In this document: in pieces, positions 27,844-42,929 of the stretch | How positions within the stretch are numbered: the stretch's first letter is position 1 | Layout: each line of letters starts with the position of its first letter | Assembly: GCF_009914755.1 (NCBI RefSeq) | Contig: NC_060934.1 | Length of the DNA: 64,000 nt | Direction: 5' to 3' (one strand) | Source of the DNA: the human T2T-CHM13v2.0 reference genome, Homo sapiens | The notes under the pieces: model-generated | The model's input: the letters and a program-made list of their open reading frames with translations, nothing else | The model's database searches: none | What the model was told of the DNA's origin: nothing | Position numbers and translations under genes: made by a program

Positions 27844-27983
27844 AGCTCTCCTCTGGCTGCTGGTCTAGGGTCTTCACAGAGCTAAATGAATTTGCAGTTG
27901 TCTAGGCATGAGAGGAAACAGGAATCATTTGCAAAGAATGATCCCTTCAATTGGTAGACCTTGGTTCTTCACCTCTCTCCTCT

Positions 27984-28033
27984 CTTGCTTTATTGCACCC
28001 ACCCTTAGCCTTGCTTTATTGCACCCACCCTAG
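27984..28033. repeat. 26-bp tandem duplication
   Basis: cttgctttattgcacccaccct at 27984 and 28010. Confidence 0.9.
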
Positions 28034-29361
28034 TAGTATGGGAGCCATTCTACTATTAGAAAAGCAACCAGACTGCACAGCCATTCTTCCTGTATGCCTG
28101 GCTTCAGGATGCACCATAATTGATTATGATATATATGGAGAGTACGGATTCCCAGGCACTTCCTGCTGGAGACCTTTCATGACCCTCCTTTCTGGGTGGG
28201 AGGCTCCTCTTCTGCTTATGGGTAGCTTTATATCCTTACACCATACTGGTGATTTGTTCCTAGCCTGTGAACTTCTCAAGGGCAGGGACCGTGTGCCTTA
28301 GTTGTTTCTGGATCATTGACAATGCTTAGCATTTCAACTATACTAAATAAGGATTTGGAGACCTGACGAAAGTTTTCAATAGCCCCAAACCAATCCCAGC
28401 ACCAGCCCCGCCTTGCCGTGTCCCTTTCCATGTATTGAGTTGTCTCATACTCCTGCCACTTGGGGATTCTGTGACTTTTCATCTGGTTCACAAGCTGTTG
28501 TCTGGACCACTTATTTCCTCCTTAATTGTTCTGTCAGTGACCTTTCTCGGGGATGCTGCTTTTTTAAAATAGAAAATGGAGACCTTTTGAATTTATGAAT
28601 TTTTTGTTTGCCAAGAAAACCCTGATAATAATTGCTAAGACTTCCCAGAAGTTATTAGTTTACAAATTTTAATGACACTCATGATTTATTTATGCACTTC
28701 CCTCCCTCTACAGCTGCTCACCCCAATTCCTTGGTGGAATTCCTGCTGAATCTGAGTGAATTAGTGGAAACAAAACTGCAGATTGGAATGACATTTTTTG
28801 CTAGGCTGTTAATTAAAAGCCTTCCACCCCATTCGCTAGGCTCTTTATATGTGAGGTCCCGAAGGCTGGGCTGATATAAGCTGTGAAATCCTCCGTCTAA
28901 AACTGGGACGGTCTCCTATTTGTTTGCTGTGGTAATCAATCTGGTGGAAACTCCTGAATGGGTCACAGAACTTTCAACTGAACCTATATTAATCGAGCAC
29001 CCATTATGTAAGCAGCCCTGCGCTCATTGCTGGGAGATACAAAGTATGTTATGCTTGCTATCCTCAAGGAATGTTTCATTTGGTTGGAAGATAAGATGAA
29101 TGTACATGGGAAACAACAGCAGGCATATGCAAGAATATATACATATCCACAGAATACAGTGCATTTTGCAATGACTGGCTGTGCTCTAGAAATACTTGTA
29201 TGTTTATTATTACCACCCCACTTCATTCCATAAAAAATACAAAACAATTCTAGGAATGAATCGGAGAAGAGAGCAATATGGCAAATATATTTTGTTTTGC
29301 TATTTAATATATTATATCCTATTTTTCCATTGGGATGTGTGAGCTTCTTAAAAAGAAAAAC

Positions 29362-29673
<312 letters not shown>

Positions 29674-29719
29674 CTATTTCAGGTATTGGTAGTTCCCATG
29701 GTTCCTAGAAACACCTGGT

Positions 29720-29975
29720 GACAGTGGGTGGCATATATAGTGTTTAAAGGGGGTAGGTCTTGGATTCAAACAGCCTGGATGTGAACCCGAGCTCTATTGC
29801 TTACTAGCTATAACACCTTGAGCAATGTTTTCATCTCTTTGAGCCTCAGTTTACTTTTCCATAAAAATAGAATGATAATAAAGTCTATCTCATATAGGTT
29901 TTGTGGAAATTCAGTGAAATAATGCATGGAATGCAAAAGTTGTCAATGTAATCAGTATTTAATATAATAATTCTG
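29720..29975 (+). mobile_element. MIR
   Basis: ctttgagcctcagtttacttttccataaaaatagaatgataata. Confidence 0.8.
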
Positions 29976-30393
29976 GTTTGTTCATACCCTGTTAGCTCAG
30001 CAGCCTCAGCCAGGCTCCAGATGACAACTGTGCTAATACCTTTAGGAGGATGGGGTACAGAACAAATCTAGACTCCTAGGCACATCATGCCTGGAAATTG
30101 TGCATTTCTACTTGAGAGAGAATATTCCTGTCTTCCCCTTTATGTTCTCATCTGTGTTTGGCAAAAGGTGAAAGTTAACGTATTTCTTGGTTTTCATACA
30201 CCAGATGCTGCTGCTGCTGCTGATTTGGGGCACAGGATGCAAACAAAGTACAATCTGATTTTCAATTTCTTCAACACAGTGTTAACTCGGTCTTTATTGG
30301 TTTCCTTTTCATATAACTTTTGGAGGGCCTAAGCCCATTGAAGAGCTTTGCTATCTCCCAAATAATTAACGTGGAAGGCAGGGTGGGGCCATG

Positions 30394-30871
30394 CATGTTT
30401 CTCAAACTTGTTGCATCCTCAGAATTACTTGTGGAATGTGTTAAACATCTAAATTTATGGGCCCTACCCAAGAGATTTCAATTTAGTAAGGCTGGTCATT
30501 ACTCAGGAATTTATTATTTCAAAAGCTTCAGCCAGGTGCGGTGACTCGCACCTATAATCCTAGCATTTTGGGAGGCTGAGGCAAGCAGATGGCTTGAGCT
30601 CATGAGTTCGAGACCAGCCAGGGAAACATGGTAAAATCCCGTTTCTACAAAAAATGTTAAAAAATTAGCCAGGCATGGCGGCATGTGCCTGTAGGCCCAG
30701 CTACTGGGGGACTGAGGCGGGAGGATCTCTTGAACCTCAGGAGGTCGAGGCTACAGTGAGCTGAGATCAGCTACTGCACTCCAACCTGGGTGACAAAGTG
30801 AGACCCTGTCTCAAAAAGAAAATAAAAGCTCCTTGGTTGATTCTGATCCTAGGTAGGATTGGGAACCACTG
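30394..30871. mobile_element. MER5-type hAT element split by an Alu
   Basis: Termini tgtttctcaaactt and ttgggaaccactg. Confidence 0.6.
30530..30823 (+). mobile_element. AluJ
   Basis: Dimer; TSD aaaagcttc (30521-30529) and aaaagctcc (30824-30832). Confidence 0.9.
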
Positions 30872-32664
30872 AACTCACCCGAGGAAGCTTGGGTTCTAGG
30901 CCCACCTCTGTTACTAATTAATCAGATTACTCATGCCGTCCTTCTGTTTCTTCACAAATAAAGGTATTAGACGAAATGATCTTTTGAAACTCTTTCAACT
31001 CTGAGTCCACAGTCTCTGCCATACTGGGAAGTCAAACAGGAAGCACACACAGGATTTATGATACCCAAAAGATACCTTTCCTGAGCTAACAGCACTGCTT
31101 CTGAGCACAACCACCTTCTTTCATAAAATCTGCTGGTGAAGTTGCAATCCAAGTGTCAATAAAATAACTTACTCTGCTAACTTGCTGTTCACTGATGGAT
31201 ATTATCCAGTTGGCAGACATTAGCCAGAACACCTGTCTAAACTACTTAGTTTGAATTCATTAAACATAGGGAGCATCATGCAATCTATGAAAGTCTTTGT
31301 TCTGAGAAAGAAAAATAGAATGAGAAATGAGTTTGCTCTAAATATTGGGCCCTCAGACATCTTACTTTGCTAGAGAATTGAGAAATGAGAACACTGGAGA
31401 AGTAGATCTGGATTACAGATTTAATATTTTCCTATTTATTATGGGAAAGAGGGCTTCTTTTTATGCCTCTTTTTTCTTCCACTAGGCAGGACTGCAGCGT
31501 GCATAAATCTTGATTTTTGGCCAGTGGCTGAGAGAATGTAACACTTTTCTATGGATTGTGTCTGTGGATTGTTATTTTATGTTGTATTCCCTTTCCTCCA
31601 AATGCAACACCATTTTATCACAATCTTAAATAACCCTGCCATTTGGATAAAAGGTGTGAAATTCTGCCCATCCCTGTCCACAGCCTGAGCTCTCTCTCAT
31701 TTTCTCAGCAGTCAATTCATTAGCCTTCTGATGCAGTTAATAAGTGAATAGGATCAGACAGTCTCTTCTAAAATAACATTTATAGGTGGATGCATTTCCT
31801 TGCTCTCTAAGGTAGGCCTTAATTTATTTCCCTGCCAGATGTCCATGTGTGTAAAACTGTGATAGGTGGGCCCTTGGAATGTGGTTTGAAGCCAAAAGAA
31901 AAAGAAAAAAATTCAACTCACACAGAGCCTATCTATTTTCAAGTTTATAGGAGAGTGATTTGATATACCCCATTCCTGCTTATATATATAATGACTATAA
32001 AGATTAGGTAGTCAAACTTTCATAGTTACTTTCTCATCGTTTGGTGGCCAATTACTTTATTGGACATAGTCTATAAATGTCATTAGGAGGTTTCTGGCAA
32101 ATTCCCTTGTAAGACCACTGCCCTAGACATTATTTGGGTGAAAATATGTAAACTGGTAAAAGACGTCTCCTCCCTGTTACACGTCTGTGAGATTTCTTTA
32201 TAAGAATCACTGAACTTAGGAAGTTTTTTATATCTTAATGTTGCTTCCAAATGTTTTGTGCCCAAGTTAAAGCTAAAGCTGAGCTGTCTTCCAATACATA
32301 AGGTTTATCTTGTAAAAGATTCCCCCCTTCACTGCTATTATTCTCTTAAACTTGTATACTATTTTTAGTCATTGTCCACATGAATACGGGACAGTTCTAA
32401 TATTTCTGGGAGGAATGTAAGGCCTGTGTAATTGAACATTCCATTTTGCAGACAGATCTGTGGTCCCTAGTGGGTTTGTGGTCAGTGATTTCAGATCTGG
32501 GACCCCAATCTGGATCTTCCAGTTCTCAGCAGCCCCTTTTTCTTGCTGTCATGTTGGTAAGCATGCTTTCCTGGCCTTACAGATTTGGCAACCATTCATG
32601 TTTCATGTGAGATCTATGGCCGAGGGACTATTTTGGGACTAGTAGTTTCCTTGGATATTTGCCT

Positions 32665-32840
32665 AAGTGATTTTCAATTCACGTGGATTATGAGAATCAC
32701 CTGGGAAATTTAAGAAAAGTCAGTTTCCTGGGCCTTATTCTAATCCCACTGAATCAACTTCTGGGGTCAGGATCTATGAACTTATAGTTTTAAAGAACTC
32801 CCCTCTTGATTCTGATGTGCCACTGATCCAAGGCACTTTA
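32665..32840. mobile_element. MER5A-like
   Basis: gagaatcacctgggaaattt...cctgggcc...actgaatca...gattctgatgtgc. Confidence 0.65.
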
Positions 32841-33246
32841 TGGCCATCTTTGCTTCTAAAATGTCATTTGCTTCTAAAGTTGTTTTGGATAACTCACCCA
32901 CAGCATACCGCCTTTCCCTCTACCCATCTTTCTTCCTTCTGGCTCAGAGTGATGAGCGTAATCATTCATGCAGAAATCCATAGTTGCTCCCTCCTCTTTA
33001 TAATGACGACCATAAAGGTTAATAATTGGAATGTGCTCTGGCACTTACTAATGAGCTTACATTCTGTCAGCATCAGGGCTGTTTAATTGGGCAATTAACA
33101 CTGATCTTAGAGAGTGGTTCCACAAGAGAGTGGTCATGAGGTGCTGCTCCCCTGGAGCTGTGCTTGAGATAAGCCTTATGAGGGTCAGTTGGCCGTCAGG
33201 AATCTAGGTTCTGGTGGGGATCAGAGGACACAAAAACTGGGGAATA

Positions 33247-33870
<624 letters not shown>

Positions 33871-34614
33871 AACTTTAACTGTATTTATTAGGTAAGAGTT
33901 TCCTGGCCCAGCTGGCCCTGTTGTTCGTATCTATGCATAGAGAGACTGGGATGATCAGCAGCAGGGCGGCACATGGTTCTGGGAATACCAGACATCACAG
34001 ATACCACATGCTTCCTGATGGATTCTAGTGTACAGATAAATATGTACAATTTTAAAGAACATCCCTCCAATTATAATATTTATTTAAGAGGCCATCAGTT
34101 ATTATGTGTCAGAGAATGTTCCAGGAGCTTTAACCATAAAAATACCACTTATAAAAACCTTGCAAGGGTTTTACCCCATATTGGTGGATGATGAACCCGA
34201 GATTCGTGCTGTCAGTGGGCAAAAGAGATGAAGTTTGACCTCAGATCTGTAAAATGCCAAAATCCATTCTTGTCTCACTTGCCCCTTGCTGTCTCCCCGA
34301 ATAGCTTTTAACTCCCAGTTTAGTTCGTGAACATTGTCTCAGCCCTGGACACTCATTTCCACATCTGTTCTCCTGAACCTTAGACAATGTACAAAGTTTT
34401 AACAGTAGGGTCTTCATAAATGAAGGTGATATGATTGGTCACATAATATCTCTGCAATTTTTATTTCTTGTAATGCCTCCCTCCCAACCCATCCCCACAC
34501 TAAGAGATGCAAGTAGAATGCTCTTAGTCATTCACAAATTCTCCATTCTTCATAGGAGAGGTGGTGGGTGATTATAGAAAATTGTCTGGGATGAGTGTGC
34601 CATTTGTGTTCACA

Positions 34615-35940
34615 CATTTTTAATGCAAATTTTATTGATATAACTGAATATTCACAGGCAGTTCTAAGAAATAATACAGAGAGATATTGTGTATACTTTA
34701 CTCAGTCCCCCTCGATATTTTGCAAAGCTACAATATAATATCTCTAGGATATTGACATTGATATAATCCACCAACATTATACAGATACTCTAAGGTTTAG
34801 TTGTACCCATTTTTTTGTGTGAGTTTGTGTGGGGGTGTGGGGAAGGTAGGTTTGTCTATCTGCCCTCATAGTTATGATGCTGAACTGTTCCATCACTACA
34901 GGAATCTCTCATCTTGCCATTTTATAATCACACCTACCTCCCTCACCCAAAACCCCTAATCGCTAAACCCTGGCAACCACTAATCTGTTCTCCATTTCTA
35001 AAATTCTATTATTTCAAAAATGTTATAGGGTCATACAGTATGTAACCTTTTGATGCTTTTCTCACTTTTCTTCATTTAGCATAATCCCCTGGAGATTCAT
35101 GCACTTTTTTGTGTATCAATACTTCCCTTTTATTGACAAGTAGTAGTCTAGGGTATGAATGTACGTCAATTTGTTTAACCATTTACCTGTTGAAGGGCAT
35201 TTGGGTTGTTTCTAGTTTTTGGCTATGGAAAATAATGCTGTTCTGAACATTTGAATACAGGTTTTCGTGCAAACATGTTTTCATTTTTCTGGGATAAATA
35301 CATATGAGTGCAGTTTATCCTACCCTCCTTGAATTGCTTTTGCCCCTTTGTCAAAAATCAGTTGTACATATTTATATGGGACTGTTTTTTGCTGTCCATT
35401 CTGTTGCATTGGGATGTGTCCATTCCTCTGCCAGTACCATCCTCTTCATATTATAGTGATATGGTAAGCCTTAATGTCAGGCAGAATGATTACTCTCACT
35501 TTACTCTTCTTTGTTTTAGCTGTTCTAGGGCCTGTGCTTTTCTGTATATATTTTGGAAGAAGCTTGTCTCTGTTTGCCAAAATCAAAACCCTGGTGGGGT
35601 TTTGATAGGAGTTTTGTTAAACCTATAAGTGAATTTGTGGACTACTGACATCTTTAGTATATTGAGCCTTTGAATCCATGAACATGGTGGTACATCTTTT
35701 AGGTCTATGATTTCTTTCATCAGCATTTTATAGTTTTCACCATATAAAATCTGTGTGTATTTTGTTAAGTGTACACTTATTTAAGTATTTCACTTTCTTT
35801 GGAGTGATTGTAAAATATATTGTTTGTTTAATTTCAGTTTTCACATATTTATTGCAACTGACCAGAAAATGAAATGGGATTGTCTTTTGTGTGTTGACAT
35901 TATTTCCCCAAGACCTTGCTCAACTTATTTGGTATTTGCT
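34615..35940 (-). mobile_element. L1M (L1MC-like) 3' region
   Basis: aagaaataatacagagaga...ccctggcaaccactaatctgttctccatttcta...tgcccctttgtcaaaaatcagttg. Confidence 0.85.
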
Positions 35941-35946
35941 TTTGAG

Positions 35947-36266
35947 TGTGTGTGTGTGTATGTGTGTGTGTGTGTGTGTTTTGAGACAGGGTCTTACTCT
36001 ATCACCCAAGCTGGAGTGCAGTGGTGTGAACATGGCTCACCACAGCCTTGAACTCCTAGGCTCAAGTGGTCCTCCTTCCTCAGCCTCCTGAGTAGCTAGG
36101 ACCACAGGCATGTGCCACCATACCTGGCTGATTTCTAATTTTTTTGTAGAGATGGAGCCTTGCCATGTTGTCCAGGCTGGTCTTGTACTCCTAGGCTCAA
36201 GTGATCCTCCTGCCTTGGCCTCTTAAGAAGTGCTGGGATTACAGGCATGAGCCACCATGCCCAGCC
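35947..36266 (-). mobile_element. AluJ with (TG)n at the tail position
   Basis: (TG)n at 35947-35979, then ttgagacagggtcttactct...gagccaccatgcccagcc. Confidence 0.9.
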
Positions 36267-36394
36267 ATGCTTTTGAATGTTTATTGTGAACTCAGCACGG
36301 TGCTAGGCGTTTTCTGAATGCATCAGGAAACAGAGTGAAGTTCTCTAATGAGGTATGTAAGCCTATTTGGCTCTACTCAGACCCTGTATTAGTA

Positions 36395-37650
36395 TAATTC
36401 ATTTAATGAGACCTACTGTGTACAATATCTTTCCTAGGCACTGTGGGCCATATGAGAATGTAGAAAAGATTTTCCCTTCCAGGTGCCCCTAATTGGTTGG
36501 TCTCTCTCTCTCTCTCTACATATATATATATCATCAATTAGAGGCATATATATATAAATTAGAGGTATATATTTATATATATAGAGAGAAAGATAAAGGA
36601 AGAGAGAAAGCTATAGAAAGGGAGAGAGAGAGACCACTGTTATATGATATTATGATATTATGTTATGATTATATGCTATTCTGTAATAACTAATTTATAT
36701 ATATGCCTCTAATTGATTATATTTATATTTATATATAAATATATACATAGAAATGTATGTATATATAAATATATACATAGAAATGTATGTATTTGTGTAT
36801 TCACATGTATATATAAATATATACATATGTATATTTATAAATATAAACAATTAGAGGCATATATATAAATTATTTCTTGCAGAATGTCATATAACAGTGG
36901 TCTCTCCCTTTCTATTGCTTTCTCTTTTCCTTTATCTCTATCTCTCTCTATAGATCTCTAATTAGATATATATAATATACATATAATATATAAAAATATA
37001 TTAGTATATATAAATATATATTAATTATATAAATATATAATATATATCAATATATAAATAATATATATTTATATATAAATAAATTAGAGATATATAGAGA
37101 GAGAAAGATGAGGGAAGAGAGTGATAGGGAGAGAGAGACCACTGTTATATGATATTCTGTAAGAAATAATAACAGAATTTTAAAACAAAGGCGTGTGAGA
37201 GAGAGAGAGAGATTAATTCTAGCTTTGGAGGATCAGAGGATGCTTATGCCAGGAGCAGAATATGAGCTAGGCTTTGGAGGGAGAGAAAAACTTTGATGAG
37301 TGGTGTGAGGGGATGGGCATGCTAGATAAGGAGTATAGTCAGATTAAATTCAGGAGGAGAGAATGTTCAGGGAAAATCTGACAAATGGTTAGGAGGCAGT
37401 GGAGTGAAATTGTGAATGCAGTTCAGGGAAGGTGACCCAAGGAGGAAGCTGGCCAGACAGTGAAAGCCACATAGTGGAAGACTTTGGTGCCAGACTGAGC
37501 AGTTTGAAATCTTTTCTGTGGAGTAGAGAGGAAGGAGTAAAGGTTGTAAACAGATATTATAGAATAATTGCTGTGTTTTAGCAAGATGTGTTTAGCAAGG
37601 GTGATTTAGTATGGGGAGAAATTGTAAGCAAGGAGGAATAGTTTGCACAA
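36395..37650 (-). mobile_element. L2 interrupted by an AT-rich fold-back expansion
   Basis: ttcatttaatgagacctactgtg...ctaggcactgtggg on the left; ...tatgagctaggctttggagg...gtgccagactgagcagtttga on the right. Confidence 0.65.
36484..37170. repeat. Inverted triplication (+/-/+) with (TA)-rich spacers
   Basis: gagaccactgttatatga at 36630 (+), its reverse complement at 36887-36904, and again at 37135 (+). Confidence 0.9.
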
Positions 37651-38839
37651 TGTTATGATGTTCTTATTGCTTTTTCCCATTCATTTATTCCTTAATTAAT
37701 TTATGCATTTATGTATTTGTTTACTTGTGTGCTTATTCATCTGCCAGCCCCTGTAGAATGTCCAATGATCTGATGTTCAATGCATCCAAAATGAGGAAGG
37801 CAGGAAGTCAAAGTTCAGAGCTTCCTTGTTTGAAGGGAAACAAAAACTTTTCCCCCCAGAATCTCTGGCTTTCCATTGTATAAACATGGATTCTACAACA
37901 TTGGGGTTAGATGTGCTGACTGGTGTCATTGAGTCTTACATGGTGAGGGGCTATGAGGTACCAGGCTTTACTGGCTTACTGTACCCAGAGAAAGTTCAGA
38001 CATTCTGAAAATGTAGAGTCTCCCTAGGGAAACCGGGCCTCTTGTAATGGTGGAGCAGAGGATAAAGAAAGTGACGTGACTTCTTAAACTTATCCCATTT
38101 CATTCCTCGGTGAGGATCTGGGCGGTCGGTAGGGGAGGACTGTAACAATGCAAACGGAAGAATTTGGAACTGGACCTAATTCTGATTTACTTTGAAACTT
38201 TGATGCTTCATATTGGCATCCTCTTCAAACACATCTGCCTGAATGCTCTAAGCCATGAAAATTGAGATACTTTAAAGGGTTCATCTGTGAAATGAGACAA
38301 TGAGTTTCCAAAGCTCTAAATTTTTCTCTTTTGTGAATATTTAAATTCTTGTGTAATAATTTTACTAATAAAAAATGTTTTTCCAAAGCTTGAAAAACAA
38401 AGAGTACTGTTAAAATATACCAATCATCTAAATTCCATTCAAAATCATTGTTATGTTTTGGCATATGCATACTTAATACATATACGTATTTTTACCCATA
38501 TATCTTTACATAATTGAGATCCTCTTGTATAAACAGTTTTTTCCTATTTTTATATAATGTTTGACTAAAAGTTTGTATGTTATCAAAATATTTGGCAAAA
38601 ATAATTTTAATGTTTGCATGATAGTGTATTGTTCCATAATTTACTCAAGTATTCATCTGTTTTGGAGATTTAGATTGTTTTACAGTTTTTCATTCCTTAA
38701 AAAATGTTCTGGTGCATATCTCGATACTTAAATCTTTGTTTTTCCATGCATTTTAGAGTTTTTTCCTTAAGATAGACTTCCAGGGGATGAATTTTAAGAC
38801 TCTTAGCATACATTGTCAGATTTGTTAAGAGAAGTGTAC

Positions 38840-39135
38840 TTTTTTTTTTTTTTTGAGACGGAGTCTCGCTCTGTCGCCCAGGCTGGAGTGCAATGGTGTG
38901 ATCTTGGCTCACTGAAAGCTCTGCCTCCCGGGTTCAAGCCATTCTTCTGCCTCAGCCCCCTGAGTAGCTGAGAGTACAGGTACCCGCCACCACGCCTGGC
39001 TAATTTTTTGTGTTTTTAGTAGAGACGGGGTTTTTCCATGTTAGCCAGGATGGTCTTGATCTCCTGACCTCGTGATCCGCCCCCCTCAGCCTCCCAAAGT
39101 GCTGGGATTACAGGTGTGAGCCACCGCACCTGGCC
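38840..39135 (-). mobile_element. AluY/Sc8-like
   Basis: Diagnostic aagctc, ccattct, ttagccaggatggtc, gacctcgtgatcc; TSD gagaagtgtac at 38829-38839 and 39137-39147. Confidence 0.95.
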
Positions 39136-39372
39136 TGAGAAGTGTACATTTATAAAAAAAAAAAAAAAAACAACAAAAAAGAAGTGCACATTTCTTAGAC
39201 TCTTATGCTGGAAAAGCCAAACTCTGAAATTAAACGAGAAATATTCACTTAGTTGCAGCTTGTATGTGTGTGTGTGTGGTGTGTGTATGTTGCATACATG
39301 CATTTACATGCTTTAGGGTGTTAGTATGCCTAAATTTATTGTAAAATTATGAGAATAAGACTTGGATAATGA

Positions 39373-40815
<1,443 letters not shown>

Positions 40816-40829
40816 GAAAACAACAACAG

Positions 40830-41080
40830 CAGCATCAATAATAATGCTTGCTTACACTTACCAAGTACCATGTGCCGGACAATGATCGAAGTGCTTTACA
40901 TATGTTTAACTCATTGCTATAATAAACCAGGTAAAAATAGGTAAACACTGTTATCCCCATTTTACAGCTGAAAAACCTGAGGGGCAGAGAGCTTCAGTAA
41001 CTTTCCTGGCATGCTTACTAGGTGTTTGAGCTGTGATTTGGATCTAAGCCCTCTGATTCTAGAGCCTGTGCGCTTGACCC
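40830..41080 (-). mobile_element. MIR
   Basis: tgttatccccattttacagctgaaaaacctgaggggcagaga. Confidence 0.8.
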
Positions 41081-41464
41081 TCTGCAAGATAGTCCCTGAA
41101 TAAGACCTGGCTTCAGTTGGAGGTTGTCACTGGGGTTCCCAACAGTCTCAAATCTACAGTCCCCTCGGTGGAAGACCCAGGTGCAAAGCCTTAAGTGAAG
41201 GATGAAGAGTAGGGTGCCCTTCCTCCTGGGTGAGACCCAAGACTCTTCCAAATGCACTGCCTGTTCTGGTTTCATCAAGGAGAGGTGTGTGGAAGGGTCC
41301 AGTCTCCTTCCTTCCTGTAAAGATTTGGAACAGGTCTCAACTCCCCCTCAGTTCAATTCCCTTAATAACTACTGAGGGACTTGTCAAACAGAAGCTTACC
41401 TGTTCTGTACCTGTCGTACCTGTTACCTGTACCTGCTTAATGTGCACACCCTTGGGAGTCTCTG

Positions 41465-41660
41465 TACAGAGAAGTGAAAAGCATGCTCTCTGGCCCATAC
41501 CACCTGGATTTGAATCCCAGTTATGCCACTTTCTAGCTGTGCACTTGAGGCAGTAACTCCTCTGGGCCTCACTTTCTCATGTCTAAAGTACAAGTGAAAA
41601 CAGCTGGGCAGCTGAGTGGACATCCTGAGTTAATAATGGTAAAGTGTTGGAACAGTGATG
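41465..41660 (+). mobile_element. MIR
   Basis: cctggatttgaatcccag...ctctgggcctcactttctcatgtctaaa. Confidence 0.75.
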
Positions 41661-41954
41661 ACTCCCTTAAGCACATGTTCTGCCTATGAGGGCTTGCTTC
41701 AATTTCTGTCAGGATTGCTCTGCCTTTTGCCCTAATCCCTCAGGACTCCAGTAAGGTCTCATGACTTTGGGCACTCATTCTCGTGTTTCCCCACACCCTC
41801 AACACACACCTCCCCCGAGCCTACTTCTTTGGTGCTTGCCCCGGTGTGGAGGCAGCTTCTGATCAAGTTCTCCCTGAAGTGTCAAAGGGAAAGCATGGAG
41901 AGTGAAATGGCAGGACGTCACCCAGTGGGAGGATCAGGGAGGACGTTCCCAGGG

Positions 41955-42370
41955 GTGTCAGCCTGATAGGGCCACCATAACGCAGTAACACTGGGTGCTT
42001 CAACAACAGAAATGTCCCACCGTCCTGGAGGCTGAGTCTGAGATTGAGGTGTTGGCATGGTTAGTTCCCTCTGAGCATGCATCTCCCCCAGCTCCTGGTG
42101 GTTTGCTGGCAATCTTTGGTGCACCTTGGCTTGTAGAATCATCACCTTACCTCTGCCTTTATCTCCGCATGTGTGCCTGTGTCCAAATTTCCACTTTATG
42201 AGACTACCAATCCTATTGGATCAGGAGCCCATCCTACTGCAGTATGCCCTCATCATAACTAATACATCTGCAACAACTTTGTTTCCAAATAAGGTCACAT
42301 TCTGAGGTCCCAGGGTGAGTTCTTCAACAGGTGAATTTTGAGGGGGTGGACACAATTCAAGTCATAACAT
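41955..42370 (-). mobile_element. MaLR LTR (MLT1B-like)
   Basis: ctggtggtttgctggcaatctttgg...tttccaaataaggtcacattctgaggt...acacaattcaagtcataaca. Confidence 0.85.
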
Positions 42371-42835
42371 TGGGGAAGTGCCCATAGCTGAGGCTGAAGG
42401 ATGAGGAAGAGTTAACCGGGAGCTCAAGATTTGGGGAAAAGAGAGTGCATAATGGTACATGGACCACAGGATCTTTGCACAGGTCTGACTGGAATCTTTC
42501 AATGATCCACACTACCATTAGTGTGGCTTTTCAAGGAGCCAGAGTAAGTCAAGAGTGGCCCAGAGTGTGGGAGGTGGCAGAGGACAAGCCCTGTGGAGTT
42601 TTGTTAGCAATTTTTAGCAGTTTAGGTTTTACTTTGGGCACAATGGGAAAGCATTTTAAGCAGATAAGTGACATTTAATGAATGTTTCACAAGTTTATTA
42701 TAAAATTTTTACTTTATTCCTGATTTTTTTTTTGAGAATAAAACTTTTTTCTTCCAGTTTGTTCTCCACTTGTATTTCTTCATATGGACTTTTCATATAT
42801 TTTGTAGTTAATCTGTTGGGGACTTGTTTTATCAT

Positions 42836-42929
42836 TTGTATGTGTTTTTAAATATAATGTATAAACTGAATTGTATGTGTTTTTAAATATAATGTGTAAA
42901 CTGAATTGTATGTGTTTTTAAATATAATG
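42836..42929. repeat. 35-bp minisatellite, about 2.7 copies
   Basis: ttgtatgtgtttttaaatataatgt(a/g)taaactgaa at 42836, 42871 and 42906. Confidence 0.95.

Noticed and set aside
31709-31810. Possible exon (ctctcattttctcAG ... aag|GTaggc)
   Set aside because: All three frames contain stops and the donor is moderate. It cannot be distinguished from a pseudoexon without RNA data.
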